DNA of 64,000 nt. It comes from the human T2T-CHM13v2.0 reference genome, Homo sapiens. Numbering within the stretch: the stretch's first letter is position 1; each line of letters starts with the position of its first letter. The notes beneath the pieces are model-generated. The model worked only from the letters and a program-made list of their open reading frames with translations, made no database searches and had not been told where the DNA came from. Both the position numbers and the translations under genes were made by a program. The stretch lies in NCBI RefSeq assembly GCF_009914755.1, contig NC_060928.1. The stretch is one strand, 5' to 3'. This document shows, in pieces, positions 46,607 through 64,000 of this stretch.

Positions 46607-48255
46607 TTTTTTAGTTATGTTATGGTAAGAACATTTAACATGAGGTCTACCTTTAAAAATTTTTTTTCAGTGTATAATACAGTATTACCAACTGTAGGTG
46701 TAATGTCATACAGTAGATGTGTAGAACTTAACTGAAGCATTGCTTCACTGAAGCATTATGCCTGTTGATTAGTAACTCCTCATTTCCCCCTCTCCCCAGC
46801 ACCTGGTAACCATCTTTCTACTCTTTGATTCTATGAATTTATCTATTTTAGATACCTCAGTTAAGTAGAATCATGCTATTTGTCTTTGTGTGACTGGTTT
46901 ATATTACTTAGCATAATGCCTTCAAGTTTCATCCATGTTATCCCATATGGCAGAATTTCCTTCTTTTTAAAGACTGAATAATATACCATCATATGTATAT
47001 GCCACATTTTCTTTAATCCATTCATCTGTAGATGGACATTTAAGTTGTTTCCACATCTTGGCTCTTGTGAATAGTGCTGCATGAACGTGAGGGTGCTAAT
47101 ATGTCTTTGAGATCCTGGTTTTAATTCTTCTTGACAAATACCCAGAAGTGGGATTGCTGGATTAATATGGTAATTCTATTTTAATTTTTTGAGGAACGTT
47201 CTTACTCTTTTCCATAGCAGGTGCATCATTTTGCAGTCTCATCAACAGTGTGCAAGGATTCCAGTTTTTCCACATCCTCACCAACTTTTATTGCCTTTTA
47301 TTTCTTTGATTATAGCCATGCTGACAGGTCTGAGGTGAAGGCTCATTGTAAGTTTGATTTACATTCCCTCAGTGAGTACTGACATTGAGTAATTTTTCAT
47401 ATACCTGTTGCCCATTTGTATATTTTCTTTGGAAAAATGTCTGCTCAACTCCTTAGCCCATTTTTAATTTGGGTTGTATTGGTCCACTCTCACACTGCTA
47501 TAAAAAAATACCTGAGATGGGGTAATTTATAAAGAAAAAAAGGTTTAATTCATTAATGGTTCCACAAGCTATCCAGGAAACATGGCTGGGGAGGCCTCAG
47601 GAAACTTCCAATCATGGCAGAAGGCAAAGGGGAAGCAGGCACATCTTCATATGGCCAGAGCAAGAGGAAGAGAGAGGCAGAAGGTGCCACATACATTTGA
47701 GCAACCAAATCTCACAGCTACCACAAGAGCAGCACCAAGGGGAACATTCTCCCCCATGGTCCAATCACCTCCCACCAGGCCCCACCTCCAACACTAGGGA
47801 TTATGATTTAACATGAGATTTGGGCGGGGACCCAAACCATATCATGGGTTATTGGGGTATTTTTTAAATTGAGTTGTAGGGGTTCCTTATATATTTTGGA
47901 GACTAACCCCTAATATTGGATACATGGTTTGCAAATGTTTTCTCCAATTCAGTAGGTTGCTTTTTCACTCTGTCGATTGTTTCCTTTGCCTTGCAGAAAC
48001 TTTTTAGTTTGATACAGCCCCACTAGTTTATTTCTATTTTTGCATTCTGTGCTTTTACTGTCATATTCATGAAATTATCACCAGGACCAATGTCATTAAG
48101 CTTTTCCCTTATGATTTCTGTAGGAGTTTTACAGCTTTAAGTCATATGTTTAAATCTTTAATCCTTTTTGAGTTGATTTTTGTATATGATGTAAGATAAG
48201 GGTCCAATTTCATTGTTTTGTTTTTGGGTATCTAGTTTTCCCAGCACCATTTATT
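46607..48255 (-). mobile_element. L1MA-like 3' region
   Basis: Antisense 3'UTR/ORF2 motifs; peptide 'KKMWHIHMMVYYSVFKKKEILPYGITWMKLEGIMLS'. Confidence 0.88.
47475..47844 (-). mobile_element. MST (MaLR) solo LTR
   Basis: tgtattggtccactctcacactgctataaa...gaggcctcaggaaact..aatcatggcagaagg...ccaaaccatatca; TSD tgggt. Confidence 0.92.
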
Positions 48256-52470
<4,215 letters not shown>

Positions 52471-52649
52471 TCCCAGCACCATTTATTAAAGAGGAAAATC
52501 TTAAAAGCAACTGGAGAAAAAAAAAAGATAAGATACAGATTAATAAGGTAATAATTCTTATTCCCTATAGAAGCCATGCAAAGCAGAACACAAGGAAATG
52601 ACATATTTCAAGTGCTAAGTGGATGAATCTCAGTCAGATTATTCGGAAT

Positions 52650-52900
52650 ACTAATAGCGTTCATTTATTTAGTACATATTGTAAACCAGAAATTATGCTG
52701 ATTATTTTAATATGCATTATCTCATTTAATCCTTACAGCAACCCGGAGAGGCAACTAGAATTAACACATTTTAGAGGTGAAGAAAATGAGGCTAAGAGAA
52801 GCCAAGGGACTTGGCTAATAAATGTTACACACTTAGCAAATGGAAAATTCAGGATTTCAAACCAGATATGATTAACATAAGCCATGTCTCCTCTTACTAT
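52650..52900 (-). mobile_element. MIR
   Basis: 'attatctcatttaatccttacagcaaccc...cattttagaggtgaagaaaatgaggct'. Confidence 0.75.
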
Positions 52901-52989
52901 TAACCATAACTGGTAGAACATATACATAACTTAAATTTGATAGGTAAGCTGATTGGAGGCTATTTGTTGTGGTACGAATGTTTGAAAAT

Positions 52990-55900
52990 TGCTGTCAGTC
53001 AGCAAGTATTTATCAAGCACATTAGATATTCCAGGCTGGAACTGGAATGGAATCATGAACAATACAAGTATGGTTCTTTATCCTTATGGAGCTTATAAAT
53101 GTCTAAGGAAAAGAAATGTGGTAATTCTAGGTACTTCTGAGGATGGTTCTAAGGATTAAATGATATATTAAAAAAAACCAGCACAATTTCTGGCATATAA
53201 CATTTATGTTCAATAATTTTAAGTATTTAAAAAAATAGTTATAAGTAGTCTAAGTGTTCTGAATAAGTGCCAAGTGCTGTGGAAGGACATTGGAGGGAAA
53301 AAGCTAACATAGTCTGGGAGATTAGGAAAGGCTTCCCTGAGTTATTGATTTTTAAGCAGAATCTGATGAGTGAATAATCTGTTAGCCAGAGCAAAGAGAT
53401 TGGACACAAAAGATCATTATATTCAAAGGGCTGCACATTTGATAAGACATTGCAGAGGTTGAAGAGAGCATAGTATGTTCTTATTCTAAAGACAGTGGGA
53501 AACAAATGAAGCTTTTTAAGGATGTGGGTGGAGGGTTGCTGGCAATAATCATGTTAGCCTTAAAAAATCATTTCATCATTCCAGCAACCTCTAAGAACAG
53601 TCTTTGAGGAATGTGGCAAGAGTAGACACGAGGATAAATGTGAGGAAGTGGTTCAAACAGTGGGAACAGAACAAAGTGGACAAAGCTACTTACATGGAAT
53701 ATACAAAATTTGGCAATTTTGGATGTAGGAAAGGAGAAAGAAGATGCACAGTTCTTAGGTTTCTGGGATGATGGAAATGCCGTTTCCTGAGAATGGAAAT
53801 ATCGCAAGTTTTGAGAGAAAATTATTAGATATCTTTATTTGGATATACCTGTATGCTGTGTCAGTTAGAGAGATATCAAGTAGGCAGTTTGACACACTGG
53901 TGCTCTGAGGAGAAATTTGGACCCAATATCTAGATTTTGGGAATCATTTATATGCATACTTTAGAGATATCGTATGTTCGGTTCCAGATCAGCAAAATAA
54001 AGTGAGTTTCTCAATCTATTAAATGTGCAAAAGAATTATGTCTAAAAAAACAATTTTTTTTATTGTTTCAGAATACTTTATTGCTAAAAAAATGCTAGCA
54101 ATCATCTGAGCCTTCAGCAAATCATAGTCTTTGCTGGTGGGTCTTGCCTCCATAAAGATGACTGCTGACTGATCAGGGTGGTGGTTGCTGAAGGTTGAAG
54201 TGGCTATGGCAGTTTCTTAAGATTAACAGTGAAGTTTGCCACATCCATTGACTCTTGTTTTCAGGAAAGATTTCTCCATAGCATGTGATGCTGCTTGGCA
54301 ACATTTTACCCACAATATAACTTTTAAAACTGGAGTCAATTCTCTCTGCCACTGCTTTATCAACTAAGTTTATGTAATATCCTGAATTATTTGTTGACAT
54401 TTCAGTAAGGTTCACAGCGTCTTCACCAGGAGTAGATTTCATCGCAAGAAACCACTTTCTTGGCTCATCCATAAGAAACAATTCTTCATTCAAGTTTTTT
54501 CATGAGATTCCTGCAATTCAGTCATAATTTCAGGCTCCACTTCTAATCCTAGTTCTATTCCTATTTTCACCCCATTTGCAGTTACTTCCCTCCACTGAAG
54601 TCTTAAACCCCTCAAAGTTATTCGTGAGGGTTGGAATCAACTTCTTCCACACCCCTGTTAATGTTGATATTTTGACCTCCCCTGAATCATGAATTGACCT
54701 TCTCCCCTGAGTCATGAATGTTCTTAATGACATCTAGAATAGTGAATCCTTTCCAGAAAGTTTTCCGTTTACTTTGCCCATATTCATTAGAGGAATCACT
54801 ATCTATGACTGCTGTAGCCCTACAAGATGTATTTCTTAATAAGACTTGGGAGTCTAAATTATTCTTTAATTCATGAGTTGCAGAATGGATGTTGTGTTAA
54901 CAAGGCTTGAAAACAACACTAATCTACATCTCCATCAGAGTTGTTGGCTGACTAGGTACACTGAAAATGATCAGTAATATTTTGAAAGGAATCATTTTAT
55001 CTGAGTAGTAAGTTTCAACAGTGGGCTTAAAATATCCAGTAATCATGCTATAAACAAAGTGTTGTCTTGCAGGCTTGGTTGTTCCATTTATAGAGACAGG
55101 AAGAGTAGACTTAGCATATTCTTAAGAGCCCTAGGATTTTCAGAAGGGTAAATGAGCACTGGCTTCAACTTATATTTACCAACTGCATTAGCCCCCAACA
55201 AGAGAGTCAGCCTATCCTTTGAAGTTTTGAAGCCAGGCATTGATTTCTCTCTAGCTATGAAAGTCCTAGATGACATCTTCTTCCAATATAAGGCTGTTTC
55301 ATCTACATTGAATATCTGTTGTTTAGTGTGGCCACCTTCCTCAATTACCTTAGCAACATGTTTTAAATAACTTGCTGCAATTTCTGTATCATCACTTGCT
55401 GCCTGACCATGCACTTTTATGTTATAAAGACTGCTTCTTTTCTTAAACTTCATCAACCAACCTCTGCTAGCTTCAAACTTTCTTCTGCAGCTTCTTCACC
55501 TCTCTCAGCCTTCACAGAATTGAAGAGGGTTAGGGCCTTGCTTTGGATTAGGCTTTGGCTTCAAGGAATGTTGTGGTTGGTTTGATCTTTTATCCAGATC
55601 ACTCGAAGTTTCTCCATATCATCAGTAAGACTGTTTTGCTCTCTTAGTATTCATGTGTTCACTAGAGTAGCACAATTTCCTTGAAGAGTTTTTCCTTAGC
55701 ATTCACAATTTGCTTACTGATTGGCAGAGGAGGCCTAGCTTTTGGCCTTTCTCAGTTTTCAATGCACCTGCTTCACAAAGCTTCATCACTTCTAGCTTTT
55801 TATGTAAAGTGAGAGATGTGGGACTCTTCCTTTCACTTAAATACTTAAAGGCCATTGTAGGGTTATTCATTGGCCTAATTTCATTATTATTGTGACTCAG

Positions 55901-56900
55901 GGCATAGGAAGGCCCAAGGAGAGGAAGAAAAGCAGGGAACAACCAGTTGGTGGAACAATCAGAATACACACAACATTTGTCAGTTAAGTTTACCATCTTA
56001 TATGGGCATGGTTTGTGGTGACCCAAAATAATTACAGTAAAAACATCAAAGAACAGTGATCACAGGTCACCATAATAAATATTATAATAATGAAAAGTTT
56101 AAAATGTTGCAAAATTACCAAAATGTGACACAAAGACAAGAAGTGAGCACATGCTGTTGGAAAAATGGCTGCAGTAGACTTGCTCAATGCAGGGTTGCCA
56201 CAATTTACAATATAATACATTGTATTATAAAAAATACAATATCTGCAGAGCCCAGTAAAGCATAGTGCAATAAAATGAGGTGTGCTTGTATTTATAGATG
56301 ATATCTAAAGTCAAAGAATGGGTGGAACAGTGAAGACGAAGAAAAAGAAGAAAGTTAAGTATAAGCTCTGAGGCACTTCAACTTTTAAATTTAGCCAGAG
56401 GGGGAGGAGCCAGCAAGTAACAATGCATGAATAGGAATATCTAGAGAAATAAGAGGTATAATGTGGAGTGTCAGAAGCCAAAAGCGAAGTGTGTTAAGAA
56501 CAAAAGTGTAGTTCATCTTTTCCAATCCTGCTGAAAATTAGGGCAAGATACAGACAGAAAAGGCATTTCTTAAAATTTTAACAACCTGGAATTCATTCAT
56601 GATTTTAACAAGAATCATTTTGGTGGAGTGAGAGGGACAGATTTGAGTCAGCTGAGAAAAGTGTGACAAATGAGGAACCAGAGACAGAGCTTAAACAATT
56701 CTTTAGCTATGAGTGTGGAAGAAAGAGATTGGGCAATAGCTAAGACAGGATAATGTGTTGAACGAGGGTTTTTAGTAGGCAGGAGATATCTGATGGAAAA
56801 GAGCAAATAGAGAACTTGAAGATACTGCATTGGGGGATGATTGCAGTGCAATGTTATGTCGTGGCAGAATGAGGTGGGATTGGGAGAGATTGCTCTTAGA
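52990..56900 (-). mobile_element. L2 fragments (52990-53950, 56290-56900) split by Tigger1
   Basis: 'cagcaagtatttatcaagcac', 'aggaaaggcttccctga', 'ggagtgtcagaagccaa', 'agaatcattttggtggagtg'. Confidence 0.7.
53951..56288 (-). mobile_element. Tigger1 DNA transposon, apparently full length, decayed transposase
   Basis: Both termini with TA flanks; peptides '[42 protein letters not shown]' and 'SERKSPTSLTL..KLE'. Confidence 0.93.
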
Positions 56901-57356
56901 TAAGAAGAATTGCTGGTCTGATGTAAAGTTAGGCAAAATATTTTAAAACATACTATTAAAGCTAACTGTCAATTCTTAGCATCACAATGAAATCATGAAA
57001 ACCCCGCAGGTGCTTCGCAGTTCCTACAGGGAATCTTCCTTGTTACAACAACAACAAAGCAAAAGAAGACACCAAACCGACCAACAGCAAGGAGTAATAT
57101 TGAATATTCAAAAATAAAATCTATTCCTTGACTTCAAATCATTAAAGTAGAGCTGCCTATTTAAGAACTTTTATTTGCACAGTCCTATTAATTTTAATGC
57201 CTAAAGCAGTGTTAATCGCATGACCCACGTGAAAAGATTTTAAAAATTGCTTTGTTAGAAAATGTAATAGACTTGTCGTTAAAGTTTTCAAACTCTTTTT
57301 TAAAGATTTGTAATATTTGGCTAGAGTTCCATTTATTTTCTTTAAAAAAATTATGT

Positions 57357-57389
57357 ACACACACACACGCACACACACACACACACACA
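57357..57389. repeat. (CA)n microsatellite
   Basis: About 16 units, one interruption. Confidence 0.95.
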
Positions 57390-57804
57390 GTCACTCCTAT
57401 CCCGCACCCTCAGAGAAAGTTTGAGATTATACAGCCACATCTGTCAGAGCTGTGCTAACCTATGTCATCCATCTGTTCTGGTTATATTTTCCTTCCCTTT
57501 CCTCTCTTTTTCTTCCATTCTCCCCAGCCTTTAAAAGAAAAAAAGTTGAGAGTAAAAACAAATCACCTCTTTTTATATTGAAATTTAAGGTGGAAGAAAA
57601 GTGGTTATAAAAGCATCTATCATCATAGCACTGACTTGCCAAGTTAAGTATTTAGGTTGGAAATCATGCCTTTCCAACTGCTTAAAAACAGGAAGTATCT
57701 CTGCTAAGTGATAAATAGCTCCCTGTTGCTGGAAAGGAAGGCCTCTTTTATTTCTTTCTACATTTTTGAGCAATAATAAATGAGTTCTGCATTTTCATAC
57801 ATGG

Positions 57805-57830
57805 GTGTATGTGTGTGTGTGTGTGTGTGT
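57805..57830. repeat. (TG)n microsatellite
   Basis: About 12 units. Confidence 0.93.
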
Positions 57831-58294
57831 ATAATGCAGAAATCCATTTGCAGTGTTTATGTATACATATATACCTCAGTATATGTAAATATATGTGAAA
57901 ATACTTTCCAAGACTTTAAGCATAGAATCTCTTCTCATAAGCCAGCCCAGGCACATCTTACTCAACAATTCAAGCAAAACCTTTGGATCTGTCAGAAACA
58001 GCTTATAGGTCGGCATTAGGTGATTAATTGCCAGGAGAATCTGGTTCTATATTTTGTTACATATAATTATTTTCTTTTCTAAAGGTGTTCTTTTATTAAG
58101 CTCCCACCATAAAAGAGGGGAAAATAAGCACACGTCTTACATGCCTGATGTTTAGCACTTCTTACAAAAGAAAGAGGAAAACTTTAACATAATCCACTGA
58201 TAAAAGCATATTTGTCTTGGCTTCAGACAGTTTTCTCCTCATTTTTACCAAAACTTTAATAATATTTTAACTTGCTTAGAAATTAGTCTTGGGA

Positions 58295-59135
58295 TAGCAG
58301 TATGGAATAATGGAATATACTTTGGTTATACAATCTGACGGTATAAAATTAAACCTTAGTTCACATTCTATCCTTAATGCTTACTACCACTCTGACCTTT
58401 TACAATTACTTAACGTCTTCAAGCTTTTATTTCCCTTTTTGTAAATTGACTATAAGAATACATATCTCCTTTTGAGTGTTACTGTGAGGATTGCACTAAT
58501 TACCATAGTAAAGCACTTATTACAGTTCTGAAAATATAGTAGGAACCCAATAACATTACCATTTTAAACATTATTAGTTTGCTTATTCTAAGCTCTGCCA
58601 CTTAATCATGTATGACTCAATATCAATATTACCTCCATGGGCCTCAGTCTTCTCAGTAAATACAGGAGTTTAGAAATGGAAGAATTTTTTGTGAGACTAA
58701 TGTCCTGTGATTCTCTAATTATCTTCATATCAAATGAAGAAAAAGTATTTTCATTTTAGATACAAATTATTCTTATCCCCATAACTGACAAAGCAAGGAA
58801 TATGGCTTCTACAATGTAATTTCTGCTTTACTTTTGACTGAGTATTCATAAGACTTCTTTTGGTGTTGATTATGGTCTCTAGAGCGAGACTGCCAATATT
58901 TCAATTCTGGCTCCCCACCACTTACCAGCTATGTAACTTTAGGCAAATTATTTAACCTCTCTCTAACTCAGTTTTATTATCTATAAAGTGAGACTAATAA
59001 TAGTACCTCGCCTTCCGGGCTGTTGTGCAGATTAAAGGAGTTTTATGTAAACTCATTCATGAATTTTATGTAAAAGAGTTTGAACAATATCAAGCATATT
59101 GTACATTTCACATGCACATATTATTGTTGTCATCA
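58295..59135 (+). mobile_element. Cluster of MIR elements (58295-58570, 58590-58710, 58865-59135)
   Basis: 'ctggctcccaccacttaccagctatgtaactttaggcaaattatttaacctctc...ctataaagtgagactaataatagtacct'. Confidence 0.75.
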
Positions 59136-59264
59136 TTGTCATTGTCTGGAATAACATCAATTGCCTCTAACCATAGCATGGGAATACTGTAATAGATGAA
59201 TAAGAGTTTGACTATCTGAAATGCAGTTCTAGCACCATAGGCTTTGATAAGTATCTTACTAATG

Positions 59265-59502
59265 ACAGATCTCTAAATATGCATGCACATACCAATAGAG
59301 TGAGGGAAGAAAATTTAGAAACATACTCATGACTATTTTATGTACCATTCTTTTTAATGTACACTTTTGTGTTGTATACAATATATTAATACAAGAAGGC
59401 ATGTGTATGCTTTCTGACTAAACATTAAAAAATGGGGGAAAAGTGCTCACATAGTTTTTACTAATATGAATGAATGATCAAAAAACTTTGGAGACAGCTG
59501 TC
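59265..59502. mobile_element. hAT-Charlie-type MITE remnant
   Basis: Terminal 'aaaaactttggagacagctg' and AT-rich body; family not resolved. Confidence 0.4.
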
Positions 59503-60864
59503 CTAGGAGACAGTGTCTTCCAAAGGTGGTGTTAACTTGACCTCGCCATCAGTCTCAGTTGTCTGCCCTGTACTAGATGGAGATGAACATGTATTGAAGA
59601 AGCAAATCAAACTTTCATGACTCCAGAGAGTCTGGAAAGACCACAACGAGTAGTCCTTTGCTAAAGATAGAATAAGTGTAGTATGGAATCCAAGTTATTC
59701 TGACTATGTCAACTACTTGGTGTGACTGAATAATCAAATACCTGAGAGATGTCAAATAAATCATTCCTTTTCAGTACTCATATTTGGACTTCACCATGGA
59801 AGAAAATACTGCTGTTCTCAGTGCCCAGGGACTACAAAACCACATTCCCACAGAATAACCAAATTCCTTTTCTGCTTATGTTTAACAGCAGTGCAACTGG
59901 GCTTTTCTAATAGATTTTAAACTTTTTGTTATAAATATTGTTACCTCCACGGAAGTGAGGAAATTATATTTTTTAACTATTCTGCTTAGAAAATACCACA
60001 AATAAAGGAAAATCAATAAATTTCTTTCTTAAGTGGATACATTTTAAAGCAGAGTTACCAGTATTTGAAAATAACTCAAAATGAACTTCTTTCTCTCTAA
60101 GAAGTTCTCATAATGGGTTGATATGACCCATGTGTTAGTACATAGATACCTAGGAGTAAATGCCCCCACCTCCTTTGGGTAATGTATTTTTGGGGGGAAT
60201 CTGATAGATACACTCTCCTGAAAATACAAATACAAAATTTTTACACGTAAAATTTAGCCTACAGTTTCAAGGCTTCATAGATACTGTTTTCCCTAAACGC
60301 ATTCAAGAACCTTTAGGTAACTGAGATCTTCTGGATGTGAAAGGGATGTAGCTACATATACATTCCAACCCATAAGCCACTGTGTCATCATTGCAGTTTA
60401 TGATAAGCTTTCTGTAAACCCTTCATTTTCTAGGTTTGGCTTCAAAAGTCATTGGTGCAATTCTTAATTACATAGTTACGTCTTGTTTTTTAACGCTTGA
60501 AATAGTGTTAAAATGATGGCATCTGCATTATCTCTTTGCTGTGTGATATTTGCTTATTATGTTTTAATTATTTAAATTTTTATGAGGCCACCATGTAAGT
60601 TATAATCTGAATCTTCCCAAAGATATATTGTCTTACATTCTGCCACAGAATTAAAATGACAAAAATAGTGCATCTCATAGCAAAGACATAGAGTTCCACT
60701 TTACAGATGAGAAAGCTAAGGCTTAAGAGCACTTAGAGTGATTTGATTCATTTATGAGGTAAGGGACTGTCCACGTTCACCTATGAGGCTTTTTTAAACT
60801 AACTTGTACAAGCCATATCTCTCAAAGTCTAGTCTAGGAACTTTCTCTGTCAGAGTCAGCTGGC

Positions 60865-61365
60865 AAGCTTATTAAACATGCAGGGTCTGACCTCTCCCTC
60901 CAGACCAAATGGGATGTAAATGGGGAACAAGATTCTTCTAGATGAGCAGATAAGCCAGATGATTCCTGTGCACATTGAGGTTTGAGAAACCCTGAAAATT
61001 GGTTTAACTTTAACTGCACATTAGAATCGAAGAAAATAATTTGCCTGGACCTAGACTGATTGATTGTCACTGGAGCAAGGAGGTGGAGGTAACCTAGGTT
61101 CTTAAAGTTCACCAAGTGATTGTGATGCACAGTGAAGGTTAAAAACCACTACTCTAAAGTATTTAGAAAGTTTTCCTGTAAAAGGCCAGATGGTAAATAT
61201 TTTAGACTTTATAGGCTACATCTGTTATTCCTTGTAGCTACTCAACTTTGCTGACTTAGAATGGAAATAGCCATAGATAATATGCAAATGGCTGAACAGG
61301 GCCATGTTCTAACACTTCATTTATAAAAACAGCTGGTGGGACAGATTGTAGTTTGCCAAACCCTA
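60865..61365. mobile_element. MER5-type MITEs (60865-61152) and MER58A-like (61160-61365)
   Basis: 'gtttgagaaaccctg', 'tgcacattagaatc', 'ctgtaaaaggccagatggtaaatattttagact', 'gtagtttgccaaaccct'. Confidence 0.75.
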
Positions 61366-61485
61366 CAGAGGGGGGTACAGTCCCTGCCATGTGCCTCAAA
61401 GGTGCTGTTAGACTGTGTTCTAAACCTGAGATGTTTCTAGTTGTTTGAAGTAAAGGTGGAAAACTACCATATTAAAATTCAATTA

Positions 61486-64000
<2,515 letters not shown>

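Overview
Primate genomic DNA, almost certainly human: it carries an AluYa5 with all five diagnostic positions. It is AT-rich, repeat-dense intronic or intergenic sequence, and I recognise no protein-coding exon, RNA gene, CpG island or CRISPR array. The long or recognisable ORFs in the track derive from Alu, L1 or Tigger1; the rest look like chance. The window contains about 26 Alu/FRAM copies, many MIR/L2 relics, DNA-transposon MITEs (MER58, MER5, MER3, MER30, MER33, MER63, Tigger2/3) and LTRs (MLT1, MLT2, MST, MER21, LTR33). It also holds a full-length Tigger1, a 4.2-kb 5'-truncated L1PA on the minus strand, and the 5' end of an L1PA7-like element running off the right edge. Subfamily names are from recalled consensus motifs, not a RepeatMasker run. 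The most notable non-routine signals are a pre-miRNA-sized hairpin (40081-40152), a candidate minus-strand TATA promoter with short exon candidates (39260-42035), a ~215-bp dispersed local duplication (19024-20529), a coding-like island (22967-23358), a young AluYa5, and a multi-layer retroelement nest with a possible L1 3' transduction. The sequence alone does not establish a new biological system.
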